DNA from: an uncultured virus (IMG/VR IMGVR_UViG_3300013131_000040)
Lineage: Duplodnaviria; Heunggongvirae; Uroviricota; Caudoviricetes
Direction: 5' to 3' (one strand)
DNA length: 64,000 nucleotides
IMG/VR virus record: IMGVR_UViG_3300013131_000040
The notes below the pieces were generated by a model that was not told the DNA's origin, ran no database searches, and saw nothing but the letters and a program-made list of their open reading frames with translations. This document shows, piece by piece, positions 9,719-20,347 of the stretch; within the stretch, counting starts at the first letter, position 1; each line of letters opens with the position of its first letter. The position numbers were made by a program, and so were the translations under genes.

Positions 9719-10003
9719 ATGAAGCTAGACAACTATGCGATGCGCCTTGCCTTTGCTGAGCGGGATCTGCCTGCTATTAAGGCTGGCGTCGAGCAACACT
9801 TTAACATAAAGCTCCCTAATGTCGAGGCAGAAGTAAGGGATTCATATCCTTATATTGACCAGCTTAGGGTTGACGCAGGGTATAAGTCATATGTGTGGGA
9901 TTCGCGTAATGGCTTTTCTTGCTTTGAAATAATAACGCCTTACACAAAACCTAGCATCACTGTGTGGTGGGCCATGGCAATTAGAGCGCGGGCTCCGGTC
10001 TAA
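9719..10003 (+). CDS. MKL-family small protein (subfamily A)
   Basis: MKLDNYAMRLAFAERDLPAIKAGVEQHF; its stop codon is the TAA of repeat copy 4. Confidence 0.7.
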   Translation: MKLDNYAMRLAFAERDLPAIKAGVEQHFNIKLPNVEAEVRDSYPYIDQLRVDAGYKSYVWDSRNGFSCFEIITPYTKPSITVWWAMAIRARAPV

Positions 10004-10022
10004 AGCCGGGCCGCGCCTATCC
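9989..10022 (+). promoter_or_regulatory. Dispersed 34-bp element copy 4 (variant, TATCC)
   Basis: CTAAA 10000-10004, GCCGG, TATCC 10018-10022. Confidence 0.5.
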
Positions 10023-10039
10023 AGAGGGGCGGGTGAGGC

Positions 10040-10297
10040 GTGAAGCTAAATCACTATCTAATGCTAGAGGCTTTCCAGCAGGCCGACACCGACAAAGCCG
10101 TGCAGATCTTTCAAGAGCACTTCGGCCTGAGCATTGTAGACTTGTCAGTAGAAGTTCATCCTACTCATCTTCATGGAGATGCGGTCCACCTTTGGGATGG
10201 GCCAGGATACTATAAATGGACCGCCGAAAGCGGCTTCGGCAAATCTTTTGCCAAGTTTAATCGTCGCACATCTTGCGCCATTACTCTAAGGGTATAG
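10040..10297 (+). CDS. MKL-family small protein (subfamily A)
   Basis: GTG start; KLNHYLMLEAFQQADTDKAVQIFQEHFG. Confidence 0.7.
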   Translation: MKLNHYLMLEAFQQADTDKAVQIFQEHFGLSIVDLSVEVHPTHLHGDAVHLWDGPGYYKWTAESGFGKSFAKFNRRTSCAITLRV

Positions 10298-10298
10298 C

Positions 10299-10565
10299 AT
10301 GAAGCTGGATCACTACCAGATGCTAGATGCATTCCAGCGCCGCGACGTGGACGAGATATACAGGTTGTTTAAGGCGCAGTTCGGGATTGACTTTGACACA
10401 GCATCTGCTGAAGTCGTAGTAGACGATCCTTATGCTGGCAATGAGATCGTTATGTACCGATCCAAAGAGTACTACAGTTGGAGCGACGGCGAAGGTTTTT
10501 ATTCCAATACTTTTATAGACACCATTCACCCGGCACTACGGGTAGTGTTTGCGATGAAGCAATGA
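10299..10565 (+). CDS. MKL-family small protein (subfamily A)
   Basis: MKLDHYQMLDAFQRRDVDEIYRLFKAQFG; tandem paralogue of 10040. Confidence 0.7.
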   Translation: MKLDHYQMLDAFQRRDVDEIYRLFKAQFGIDFDTASAEVVVDDPYAGNEIVMYRSKEYYSWSDGEGFYSNTFIDTIHPALRVVFAMKQ

Positions 10566-10867
10566 AGATTAGAGAGTGGGAAATTCGCGAACATCTACAG
10601 GAAGTAGTTGGCGAATACACGGATGCTTTCACCGGAATCTATGATGATAGCACGATGTATGCTTGGGTTGTTAAGCCTGGCTTTTGTATATACCAGTTCG
10701 GTGAGCAGATAAGTATAGGTGGACAAGTCGTCACCGGCACCTACTTCTCTCCAAATCTTGCCAAGATTACAAAAAGCTCAATAGAGCTGGCATACCGTAT
10801 GCTAGAGGCTTCAGGGGATGATGAGGGCGTGACGGATCCTTATGTAGTCCAAAGGCTTTTTACCTAG
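10562..10867 (+). CDS. MKI variant, paralogue of 8311..8643
   Basis: MKIREWEIREHLQEVVG...YFSPNLAKI. Confidence 0.65.
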   Translation: MKIREWEIREHLQEVVGEYTDAFTGIYDDSTMYAWVVKPGFCIYQFGEQISIGGQVVTGTYFSPNLAKITKSSIELAYRMLEASGDDEGVTDPYVVQRLFT

Positions 10868-10978
10868 CCCCTGGTAATTATTTGTGCGCCCGTATTCCCT
10901 CGACCTTCTAAGTCGTTGAAAGGATAACTGGACCCATGCTCGTTCAAATCGAGCCGGGCGCGCCAATGAGGTGATCAC

Positions 10979-11350
10979 ATGACAGCACAAGACATCAAGA
11001 GTGCCGAGCTTTGCCCAGTGACAATCACTGGAGAAGCCCTGCTACAATTCCGGGCAGCCTACTCAGACGACCCCGATCCCGATGTGTTCGGGATTAGGAT
11101 TGGCGTAAAAGGCGGAGGCTGTTCTGGCTTTATGTACAATCTTGAGTTCATCAAGCAAGATGCCGTTGACCCGGAAGAAGATTCGGTTTATCTTGTAGGC
11201 GGGCTGCATTTTGTAATCGACTGCTTTAGCGAGCCCTATCTAAAGGGGACAACCCTAGACTACCTGCGAACCCTGCTTGAAAGCGGCTTCAAGTTCAGGT
11301 CGGACGAGGTCCGGCGCACCTGTGGTTGCGGCGCTTCTTTTTCTAGGTAA
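10979..11350 (+). CDS. iscA: A-type Fe-S cluster carrier (IscA/SufA/ErpA family)
   Basis: RIGVKGGGCSG and C-terminal TCGCGASF motifs. Confidence 0.9.
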   Translation: MTAQDIKSAELCPVTITGEALLQFRAAYSDDPDPDVFGIRIGVKGGGCSGFMYNLEFIKQDAVDPEEDSVYLVGGLHFVIDCFSEPYLKGTTLDYLRTLLESGFKFRSDEVRRTCGCGASFSR

Positions 11351-12100
11351 TCGGCAGCAGCTTGCCACAAAGGATAGGGCAGATGCCAAAAACAAACAAC
11401 ATTTATATCGCCGAGGATTCGAATGGGTACCTGCGAATCTCGGCCGGCAAAGATACCTCGCTAGCTCGAGCATCCTGGCACCGCACGAACGACGTGACTA
11501 TCTATGGCCATCTTGCGTCTAGATGGTGGAGCGGTAGCTGTAGGATGAGCAGGCTGGCTCGCAGGCGGTTTCACAGGGCAAGGCTAAACAAAGTGTGCCC
11601 GCGGCTTCTGCCGGTAAACAGGGCTCTGGCCCTATTTGCGCAGGCAATCGCGCAGCTTGAAGATACAGAGGCGGCAAAGCCGTCCCTTCCTTATGGCGAG
11701 CTGTGTCTGGGTGAGTGGGAGGACGACAACGGTCGTAACCAAATGTTGGTTTCTTACCGATCTCTTTTTGCCAAAGTATTTTCCGCTAGGCTAGATTATC
11801 CCGCCGGCACATACACGAACATGCTTGCCGTTTATAGTGACGGCGCCCTGCTCGGCAGCTATCCTCTTGCCAAGGGTAGTCAGGGCGCAATGATAAGCCA
11901 GATTGTAAATATTCTTGATGAGGTAGCCGATGGAAAACGAACAGGAAGCCGCACTAGCCGAAGCCGTGCGAGTGCTAAAGCTAATCGCCGAACAAGGCGG
12001 TGATATCGTCGAGCCTTGGTCCGCCGAGATGGCCCGGCTTGCCCTGGCAAAGATTGTCCTAGAATCCGGCGTGCCCGAGATAGAAGCGCGATAAAGTTAT

Positions 12101-12364
12101 ATGAAGCTGTTGAAGTGGGAAATGGCAGAAGCAATCGCTTGTCGCCACTGGTATGCAGCGGCGGCCATAGCTGCGCGTGAGTTCGGTCTAGCACCGCCAG
12201 CGTCCCTGGTAGTAGCCGACAACGTACTGCACGGTCGGCTGGCGCCAGCTGCCATTAGGATATTTGTCAATGGTATGTGCTACATGATGGCGCTGCCTGA
12301 CTGCAATTCATATATTAGCTCAACTGTAAGTCCAAATAATACTGCAACAATTACTTCATGGTAG
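12101..12364 (+). CDS. MKL-family small protein (subfamily A)
   Basis: MKLLKWEMAEAIACRHWYAAAAIAAREFG. Confidence 0.7.
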   Translation: MKLLKWEMAEAIACRHWYAAAAIAAREFGLAPPASLVVADNVLHGRLAPAAIRIFVNGMCYMMALPDCNSYISSTVSPNNTATITSW

Positions 12365-12698
12365 GGCGCCTATGAACAATCATGCCGGCTGGACTAGAGA
12401 TGGTTATTGCGTTGCCTGTGGTACCGATGACGCTGGTGCTCCTTGCAGCCTAGGGGATTCCGAGCCTGAGGCGGAGCACGCTTCTGATTGCGGCTGGTGG
12501 AAGGATTGGCATGACTGCTCTTGTGGCGCCTTCGACCGGGAAAAGTAATTATTACTTCTGCACCCCCGCTGCACCTTTCTCTGACTGGCATCGCCTGGTA
12601 GAGCGCGAGATTATAATGGGCGGAGGCCCCTTTTGGGAAGCGTGGTGGGATTTGCCCGGCTGGTTTAGCGGGCTAAACGTTCCGTGGTAAGGAATACC

Positions 12699-12932
12699 AT
12701 GAAGCTTATCAAGGCCTATGAATTCCGTGACCGATGGGGAACGTGCGTCCTGCGACTGCCCTATCCTCAAGATATGGCTATTCTCGGGATAGTGCTGGCG
12801 CAGCACAACTACAGGTTCCGAAAAAATCGGGAGCCTGTCAGCATTTATGCCATCAGCGTGCTAGGCGATTCAGAGCAGATAGATGTGCCTGACGATCCTG
12901 AGAACGACTATACTTTTGGCAACAAACAGTAA
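12699..12932 (+). CDS. MKL-family small protein
   Basis: TAAGGA RBS; MKLIKAYEFRD. Confidence 0.55.
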   Translation: MKLIKAYEFRDRWGTCVLRLPYPQDMAILGIVLAQHNYRFRKNREPVSIYAISVLGDSEQIDVPDDPENDYTFGNKQ

Positions 12933-12950
12933 CAGAGGAACAGCTACGCT

Positions 12951-13295
12951 ATGAAGTTAGAAAATGCGGAGATATTACTTCGCTATCCTATTCCTGCTGG
13001 TGCTGGATTCAGTGCTTACCGCAACGGCAGTCGCATAGTGGTATCTTTTAATATACCTGGCAGCGGAAAGCTCAGGCTAGCCCTTGATCCTGACAGCCTA
13101 GACATTTGTAGCTGGGTTTCTTCACTAGGCGGCAATTACTTATTCAGCCCAGGATCTATTCCGGTTGACGATGCTACAATTGATCTTCTTACTCGAGGCG
13201 TCATGCCAGGGTCGTCTGATCCCAGTATGACTGGTGCTTTGCTAAAAGAAATTCGATTACTGCAAACGGACAAAAATGAAGACACTGATTCTTGA
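12951..13295 (+). CDS. MKL-family small protein
   Basis: ATG AAG TTA; MKLENAEILLRY. Confidence 0.6.
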   Translation: MKLENAEILLRYPIPAGAGFSAYRNGSRIVVSFNIPGSGKLRLALDPDSLDICSWVSSLGGNYLFSPGSIPVDDATIDLLTRGVMPGSSDPSMTGALLKEIRLLQTDKNEDTDS

Positions 13296-13650
13296 TGATG
13301 ATGCAGAACGTCACGCCGGATTTCAGAAGATTCTGGCAGGCAACGATCTTGCCCATGCATACACCTATAGCGAATTCGTAGGGCTGGCCCGATCAGGTGC
13401 TTATGACATGGTTTGCCTCGATCATGATCTGGGCTTTGAGCACGACCCTGACACTGTCCGGGAGGACGGTACAGTGCGGGAATTAACGGGTAAGGATGCC
13501 GCCCGCTGGCTGGTTAATAATCCTGATCACTGCCCAGACAATATACTTATCCATTCTCATAATCCTGTGGGAGCCTCTGCTATGCGGAGCATCCTAGCAG
13601 CGCTGCCCGGTAAAAAGATTGTTGTCCGGGCCTATGCTCCGCCACGGTGA
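13276..13650 (+). CDS. Cyclic-phosphate-processing receiver-like (cREC) domain protein
   Basis: LILDDD, CLDHDLG, TGKD and IHSHNPVG motifs typical of this stand-alone receiver family. Confidence 0.75.
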   Translation: MKTLILDDDAERHAGFQKILAGNDLAHAYTYSEFVGLARSGAYDMVCLDHDLGFEHDPDTVREDGTVRELTGKDAARWLVNNPDHCPDNILIHSHNPVGASAMRSILAALPGKKIVVRAYAPPR

Positions 13651-14029
13651 CTCCTCTGTAAATAGGAGCAGAAACTTACGAGGACAAGCATGAGCATCAC
13701 CCTTACTTTGCAGCCTAGCGTTCCTGACTTTGGCTGGGTTCTTGATTTTGGGCCAGGCGATGTACGACCCGCAACCACATGGTACTCGCCCTCTCACGGC
13801 CAGCTAGTGGTAAGCTCGCTTGACATGGGTCGGCTGCCTGAGGAGCATATTCGACTAATTGAGCAGTTTGAGGGGCAGCTAATCCAGCATATCGCTGCCT
13901 GCGAGGCAGCCCGGCATTTGCGTCCCTATGTTTGCAATCCCCGCTAAGTAGCGCCGATTGATTGCCGGCCGGCAATATAATATGGCCGGCCTATTACTAT
14001 TTGATAACTTTAAAGCTATGGGAGGCGCC

Positions 14030-14788
14030 ATGAGGAGTGTTGCTAAGAGCTTGATAAAGATTGCTAATGAGCTGGATACCCGCGGCCATACCGGCCTGGC
14101 GGACAGGCTAGACAAGATCGTCCTAGCTATGACTGACGCTGGCGGCGATGACATAAAAATGACTCAGGGAGCTACGATTAGTAATGAACAACCTGGATCA
14201 GCTGCTAAGCGCAAAGCAGAGTCACAGCAAATGTTACAGGTACAGAAGCTGCTTAACAAGTATCTAAAGATTGCTGAAGCCATAAACCGAACGCCTCGCT
14301 CAGAGGGACAGGATATTCCTGAGAATGGCAAGGTAGGAGACCCCCGGACTTGGACTGCAATTAATCTTACTTTCCCATGGAAGCCAGGAGTAGACTACAA
14401 GAACTATGATCAGCTGATTAAGCTTTTGCGAGGCGAGATTGCTAAACTGGATGCGTCCGCCGATGAGATGATACTGTCGCAACTAGAGGCTCGACAGGAA
14501 GATGAGCGCGAGATAATGTCTCTTTGGTCGCGCATCATAGGCCTTGATTATGATCCTGCTGATGCTGCGAAGTACAAAGTAAATAACTTTGTCGAGCTGC
14601 TAGATAAGCTGGAAAACCTACCGCCACAGCGCGGGCCAGCCGATGCTCTGCATCGCAAGGCTGATGAGCTGGCTATTATAGCAAAAGGAATCAAGGCCGA
14701 TCCAGGCAAGACTGCCGATCTAGTAGAGTGGCTTAAAGCCTATATGTCAGATAGGCTGGCAGCAGTAGAATCCGAAAGCGAAGACTGA
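14030..14788 (+). CDS. Protein with N-terminal ANELD module
   Basis: GGAGG RBS; SLIKIANELDTRGHTGLADRLDKI. Confidence 0.75.
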   Translation: MRSVAKSLIKIANELDTRGHTGLADRLDKIVLAMTDAGGDDIKMTQGATISNEQPGSAAKRKAESQQMLQVQKLLNKYLKIAEAINRTPRSEGQDIPENGKVGDPRTWTAINLTFPWKPGVDYKNYDQLIKLLRGEIAKLDASADEMILSQLEARQEDEREIMSLWSRIIGLDYDPADAAKYKVNNFVELLDKLENLPPQRGPADALHRKADELAIIAKGIKADPGKTADLVEWLKAYMSDRLAAVESESED

Positions 14789-14793
14789 GTCCT

Positions 14794-14820
14794 AAAGCCC
14801 CGCCCGCAGCGGGGCTTTTT
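14794..14820 (+). terminator. Rho-independent terminator
   Basis: AAAGCCCCGC-ccgca-GCGGGGCTTTTT. Confidence 0.75.
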
Positions 14821-14826
14821 ACTAGG

Positions 14827-14860
14827 CCGGCTCCGGCCTAAACCCGGTCGCCCCCGATCC
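14827..14860 (+). promoter_or_regulatory. Dispersed 34-bp element copy 5
   Basis: CTAAA 14838-14842, GATCC 14856-14860; immediately downstream of a terminator. Confidence 0.65.
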
Positions 14861-14898
14861 GGGCGGGCGCAGCTCGGCGACACTCCAAGAAGGAAGAT

Positions 14899-15258
14899 AT
14901 GAAGCTAGACGAAGAATGTATTCGTCAAATGTACCGTGGCTCATCAGTTGATCTGTCACGAGCGGCAGCCGATGTGCTTGCCCTGTGCGACGAAGTGGCA
15001 CGCCTGAAATCCTGCAACAAGGAAATCTTAGACGATCTACTCCGCTGTCAGAAGCGGCTGGATGCGGCAAGCAGTTATGCCGAAGGCTGCGCCAAGCAGG
15101 CCGGAGACCTTGCAGAAGGCGTACTTAATGCACTAGGTATCAAGTGGAGCACTGTCTGCCCTGATGATGCAACTATTATCCAGCATGTGCGCGATCTGCG
15201 CGCCAAGTGCGAACAGCTAGAAATTCAATTCGAATATCTTGAAGGACCAGGAGAATAG
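14899..15258 (+). CDS. MKL-start coiled-coil protein
   Basis: MKLDEECIRQMY; AAGGA RBS. Confidence 0.6.
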   Translation: MKLDEECIRQMYRGSSVDLSRAAADVLALCDEVARLKSCNKEILDDLLRCQKRLDAASSYAEGCAKQAGDLAEGVLNALGIKWSTVCPDDATIIQHVRDLRAKCEQLEIQFEYLEGPGE

Positions 15259-15463
15259 CGTGTCAGTGGAATCTAAGATGGATCTTTTTTCGGCAGTTTC
15301 AATTATCGAAGGCGACCGGGAAGTTGATAACGAGGAAGAGGTAATCGCTGCCTGGCAGTACCTCCACGACTCTGGAGCTGCGTATAACCTTCAGGGCTGG
15401 TACGGTCGTACCGCTGTCCAGCTTCTTGAGCAGGGCTACATCAAAGATTGATTGGAGACTAGC

Positions 15464-15847
15464 ATGGGATTGGATCAGTACGCTCGTCATTGTCCCGCTG
15501 AACTGCTTGGTGACAAGCAGATTGGTTTCGAAGACTTGGTAGTAGATAACTCCAAGGAGTTCGCCTACTGGCGCAAGCACCCTGGCCTTCAGGGCTGGAT
15601 GGAGCGCCTTTATATTTCAAAAGGCGGACAAGAAGAATTCAACTGCGCAGCAGTAAGGCTTACTGAAGAAGATTTGGCGGCGCTAGAAGATGTTATCCTG
15701 CGCAGTTGTCTGCCGAAAACAGATGGCTTTTTCTTTGGGGCCATGCGTGATACCTATGATCAGGATCAGGAAGATTTGCGTTTTATTGCAACCGCTCGTG
15801 AGCTACTTAGCAACGGGCAGGCTGTGTTCTATACTTCGTGGTGGTAA
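15464..15847 (+). CDS. Conserved phage hypothetical protein (MGLDQY...YWRKH...GFFFG type)
   Basis: Motif pattern common in phage early regions; GGAG RBS. Confidence 0.7.
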   Translation: MGLDQYARHCPAELLGDKQIGFEDLVVDNSKEFAYWRKHPGLQGWMERLYISKGGQEEFNCAAVRLTEEDLAALEDVILRSCLPKTDGFFFGAMRDTYDQDQEDLRFIATARELLSNGQAVFYTSWW

Positions 15848-16077
15848 TTTCTCCATTTTCTACAGAAAGGGTTTGTATCTTGATCAAGATTTTTATTGCC
15901 ATTGCATTTGTGCTAATTGCTTCATGCGCTGATAATGCACCCGCAGGGTCTGCCCGAAATGAAATTTCTATTCAGGTATCTGTTCCTGAGGATGAGATCG
16001 TTATTGTTCATCAGGCCGCTTATGTGAACTAGCAAGCTAGGCCCGCCATATGGTACTATTAAAAACAAGGTACTACT

Positions 16078-16368
16078 ATGGCGATGAAGATGTATCATGC
16101 CGACTATATAGTAAACTGCCCGCCTGGCTGGCGCTGCAAGGTTAACGGCGATGTGGTTATTTACATTGACGAAAACCCACCAGCCACAAAATACAGGCAA
16201 ATCATTTTCACGTTTAAAAACGGTGTCTTGCGCTATCGCGATTATCTAGAGAATGGATTACTGCACCGGGAAGATGGGCCGGCGGTTACGGTTCATGATG
16301 AAGCAGGAAATATAATCAACGAATTCTATTATCTCAATGGCTCGCCATTGCGTACCAATGATAAGTAA
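16078..16368 (+). CDS. LHRxDGPA-repeat protein
   Basis: NGLLHREDGPAV...YYLNG. Confidence 0.65.
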   Translation: MAMKMYHADYIVNCPPGWRCKVNGDVVIYIDENPPATKYRQIIFTFKNGVLRYRDYLENGLLHREDGPAVTVHDEAGNIINEFYYLNGSPLRTNDK

Positions 16369-16381
16369 AGGCGCTTAACTA

Positions 16382-16912
16382 ATGCGAAGTGAAACTCGCA
16401 AACAAAGATATTCTGCCAAAGTTTCCAATGCCATATGCTATCCACTAGAAGTAGCTACTGTCAATTTCCGTTGTGAAGAAAACATAGGCTATCTAATTCG
16501 GGCGGCGGCTTGCTTTGGCGCGCGAGCCGTTAATATAATCGGTGATTGCCCGCCGCCAGCGGTACTCCGAGAACTATCAGGATCAACAAGCGACTTCCTA
16601 ACTATCAGGAAGTTTTCTAATCCTCACGATCTATTAGAGCATTGTGCCGCGCATGATATGCGGGTGCTATCAGCAGAGCTGCATCCCGATGCAGCCAGCT
16701 TGCATAGCTATGCCTTTGATATGAAAACGCCTACCTGTATTGTTATTGGCAATGAAAAGACTGGCGTGCCCCCTGATATTCTACTTAATAGCGAGATAAT
16801 TGCCATTCCTATGCCCGGAGTGGGCTTTTGTATCAATGCCGCGCAAGCTGCCAACGTAATCCTGTACGAATATACACGCCAAGCAGCGCAGTCGGCTCAG
16901 GGGCTAGGATAG
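16382..16912 (+). CDS. SpoU/TrmH-family RNA methyltransferase
   Basis: NIGYLIRAAACFG, IVIGNEKTGV and IPMPG...INAAQA SPOUT motifs. Confidence 0.85.
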   Translation: MRSETRKQRYSAKVSNAICYPLEVATVNFRCEENIGYLIRAAACFGARAVNIIGDCPPPAVLRELSGSTSDFLTIRKFSNPHDLLEHCAAHDMRVLSAELHPDAASLHSYAFDMKTPTCIVIGNEKTGVPPDILLNSEIIAIPMPGVGFCINAAQAANVILYEYTRQAAQSAQGLG

Positions 16913-16934
16913 CGGTTTGCGCCCCTATATCAGC

Positions 16935-16968
16935 ACGGGTCGGGCCTAAACCCGGTCCCGCCTGATCC
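16935..16968 (+). promoter_or_regulatory. Dispersed 34-bp element copy 6
   Basis: CTAAA 16946-16950, GATCC 16964-16968. Confidence 0.6.
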
Positions 16969-17309
16969 CTTAGTGGCGAAGGCGGGCAGAAGTGCAGTAA
17001 GATACAGCACTCCGCGTGCTATGCGCCCGCAAAATACTTCCAGACAGAGCCCGTTTCGGATTGCGAGGCGGGATGAAGGTAAAAATATGAAGATCGAGAT
17101 CCTTTCTCTTAAAGAAATGCCGGACGGCTCCCTAAAAGCTGACATCAATTATGATGATGAAGCAGCTGAACATATTAAGTTTTTTTATGGAGTGACGGAA
17201 ATCACTCCTGATGTCCTTTCGCGGTTTGTATCAGATTCTCTCCACAAGTATATTGAAGAAAAAGATGCTGAGGCCGCTGCCGCGGAGGACGGCAAGGGGG
17301 AGGGCTGAC

Positions 17310-18338
17310 ATGCGCAAGCTGGCAAGCATCCAGAAGGTAATATCAGTATCCCCGATCCCTGGCGCAGACAGGGTCGAAAAGATCCAGGTTCTTGGATGGC
17401 AGCTCGTATCTCGCAAGGGAGAGTTCCAGGCAGGCGACTGTTGCGTTTACTTCGAGATTGATTCCGTCCTGCCTGATAGGAGCATCTTTTCTTTCTTGTG
17501 GCCAGATGGCAAGCGACCTGATAATTTTAGGCTGCGCAGCAAGCGTATGCGAGGGGTACTTTCGCAGGGCCTAGCCCTGCCGGTATCAGTTCTTCCTGAG
17601 TCCTGCCCTATTGCGGAAGGCAGCGATGTCACTGCCCAGCTTGGCGTAACAAAGTGGGAGCCTGCATCTACCAGCGGGGCTCGCGAAATTGCCGGCAATT
17701 TTCCCACTCACCTGTTTAACAAAACAGATGAGATTCGCTTGCAATCAGTACCCGAGGTACTAGACGAGTTGCGTGGCGTAGAGTGCTATGCAGCTGTCAA
17801 GCTAGATGGCCAGTCCCTTACCTTTGCAAAGCATCGTGACGCCGAGGGCGAGACGCAATTTGTCTGCACCCGTAATTATGCACTAAAAGACATTGAAGGA
17901 TCTCCTCACTGGACCATGGCTCGTCAGCTGGGTATATTTGAAAATATGCCTGCCGGGTTTGCCGTCCAAGGAGAATTTGTTGGCGAGAGCATCCAGGGGA
18001 ACCGTCTGGGTATTCGTGGCAAGGCATTTTATGCTTTCCAGGTGTTTGACATCTCTAGGCAAGCGTACCTTGACTTCGAAGATTTCCAAGAATTTTGCAG
18101 CCGCTATTCAATTCCAACAGTACCTATCCTTTGGGTCAGGCAGCTTGATATTACGCTTGAGACAGCCTTAGCGGCTGCCGAGGGCAACTATGATAGCGGG
18201 CATCCACGAGAGGGTATTGTTATCCGACCTACGCGAGAGCGCAACTCCGCTGTTATCGCGAGCTACTTGGGAACCGGATTAGCCAGGGCTTCCTTCAAGG
18301 TAATTAACAATGCGTTCCTGTTGAAGATAGGAGAGTAG
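17310..18338 (+). CDS. RNA ligase, DRB0094 family
   Basis: N-terminal RKLAS...PIPGADR...YFEIDS...SQGL; nucleotidyltransferase motifs KLDG, QGEFVG, FDI, EGIV, FKVIN. Confidence 0.9.
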   Translation: MRKLASIQKVISVSPIPGADRVEKIQVLGWQLVSRKGEFQAGDCCVYFEIDSVLPDRSIFSFLWPDGKRPDNFRLRSKRMRGVLSQGLALPVSVLPESCPIAEGSDVTAQLGVTKWEPASTSGAREIAGNFPTHLFNKTDEIRLQSVPEVLDELRGVECYAAVKLDGQSLTFAKHRDAEGETQFVCTRNYALKDIEGSPHWTMARQLGIFENMPAGFAVQGEFVGESIQGNRLGIRGKAFYAFQVFDISRQAYLDFEDFQEFCSRYSIPTVPILWVRQLDITLETALAAAEGNYDSGHPREGIVIRPTRERNSAVIASYLGTGLARASFKVINNAFLLKIGE

Positions 18339-18339
18339 T

Positions 18340-18879
18340 ATGTCGCCTGGGCTGGAAGAAAAACTATATCGTGATCACCCGCGCATCTTTCGCAGGGGTA
18401 ATGACTTTATTGGCATCAGCTGCGGCGATGGCTGGTACAACATCATTGACGTTCTCTGTACCAATATTCAACATCATATCAGTGGCTCGCGAAGCATCCG
18501 TGCTCGAGACCTGCGGTATAATCGCGCCTTGCGAGCAGGCATCTCCGGTAATAAACGGCCGCTAGAAAAGCATTTTAATTGGGGCGTGCCGACTTTCAAG
18601 GTCAGCCCTAAAGTAGCCGACCGCGTAGATGAAGTAATTGCCAAGGCTGCTTTTCTTACGCCCCATGAGCCTATATATCAGGTACAGTGTACCCAGGTAA
18701 AAGAAAAGTTCGGCGTACTGTGCTTTTACTATGTAGGAGGCGACAGATATATCGACGGTCTTGTGCGCATGGCAGAGGGCGTCTCCCGCCATGTCTGTGA
18801 AAAGTGTGGCGGGCGAGCGGACGCCGAAGTCAATTCTGGATGGATCAAATCGCTTTGCGTCGGCTGTGCAGGCAAATGA
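18340..18879 (+). CDS. Conserved phage protein with C-terminal zinc ribbon
   Basis: CGDGW, QVKEKFG.L.FY, CEKCG...LCVGC. Confidence 0.7.
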   Translation: MSPGLEEKLYRDHPRIFRRGNDFIGISCGDGWYNIIDVLCTNIQHHISGSRSIRARDLRYNRALRAGISGNKRPLEKHFNWGVPTFKVSPKVADRVDEVIAKAAFLTPHEPIYQVQCTQVKEKFGVLCFYYVGGDRYIDGLVRMAEGVSRHVCEKCGGRADAEVNSGWIKSLCVGCAGK

Positions 18880-19262
18880 AATTAGCAAATGTCTGGTGGG
18901 CCGGTAGCGATGAGTATATCCGCGCATCAATTGCAGATTATGGTTTGCCGGTTCCTAAGGAAATATGCGGGGTGCCATTTAACATGCTGCTGCAACTCGC
19001 TCGCGAGGACAGCCTGCTGATAGAGTGGGTGTCGCGGCGCGCCTTCATGATATACAGGCTTGGTGTTTCAGAAGATGGTATTTCTGCTATGGGTGGCGAT
19101 ACCGAGTGGGATGCACCTAGTTTGTTAGGTGCCATTTATCTTAATTTTAATATGCCTGCGAGCGCAGGGGCTCTAGAGGCAATAGCTGCGGCAGAGGCCG
19201 CTGGTTTTGCAAGAAGCTCGCTCTCAAGCGGCTATTGTGTATACAAGAATCACTTAACCTAG
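18876..19262 (+). CDS. MKL-family small protein
   Basis: ATG AAA TTA in an ATGA overlap; MKLANVWW. Confidence 0.6.
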   Translation: MKLANVWWAGSDEYIRASIADYGLPVPKEICGVPFNMLLQLAREDSLLIEWVSRRAFMIYRLGVSEDGISAMGGDTEWDAPSLLGAIYLNFNMPASAGALEAIAAAEAAGFARSSLSSGYCVYKNHLT

Positions 19263-20347
19263 GAAAAGTACTTGGAAATAGCTATTATCTTTGCTGCTTT
19301 TATCCTCAGTGCTCCTTTTTGGATTATTGCGATAGCCATGGCTACCATGGCAGAATCCGTGCGAAAACCAAGGTGATACATGAGCCACGACATATGCCCA
19401 CCGCCAGCGGACATTAGTGAGGACGCTCATAGAGCTGCATATTATCGCTGGTGCTTGGAATACATTGTTCATGACCGGCTGCTTACTGCTGATATGCATC
19501 TAAAGGGTGGGCTTGGCTCCGCTAGTGCGCGAGATGCTCAGGTGCGCTACGAGGGAATTGTAGCCGGCCTTATGAAGAAACTATTTAGTGATACGCATGA
19601 ATACGGCGATTGCTGGGATGCGCTTTGGCCGGGAGGATTTAGCGCCTTCGTGTCGCATCACAAGCTGCAACTATCCGCGCATCATTCTGGCGACTGTACC
19701 GCAGTCGCGGCTAGCTGTGGGCGATGCGAAGCCGAGGCGCTATACGGACTGCCATCATCTGTTACATGGACCCGTCACGAGGGCTTCGCCCTACTGTCAG
19801 GTTATAACACAAAGGCTGCAAAAGCCGAGGAAAAATAATGGGAAGTTATTACTCTTTTTGCATTGACATTGCCGATTCGAATCCAACCCTTGAAGCGCAG
19901 ATTGCGGCAGAAGCTAATGCGCTTACTGATTTTAGGCAGGACGGCAATTTCGTTGCATGGTGCTGGCGGCGCTTTAGCCCGGAAACAAAGTGGTCGGGAG
20001 GCCACAGTGTGACCCTTGCACTATCCAAGGCATTCCCTGAAGTTATCTTTCGCGTACAATGCCGGGGCGATGTCAACTATACTGCGTTTGTGTTTAATGG
20101 TAATACGCTGTATGATAATGAAGTTTTCGTAACTCCTCCGTTTCCTAGTCGCCCTTTGTTCCGGCGCCAGCTTACAAACAAGCTAGCGCGCCAGCAGAAG
20201 GCTGACGTAGAGCGCAAGCAGGCAGAGGAAGCTAAGCGGCACAAAGATGCTCTAGATGAACTTGAGCGCCTACGCAAGCGCACTGCTGAACTAGAAGCTC
20301 AGCTAGGAAGTTGACGATCTAGCCTGCTGTAATGATGCAGGCAAATA

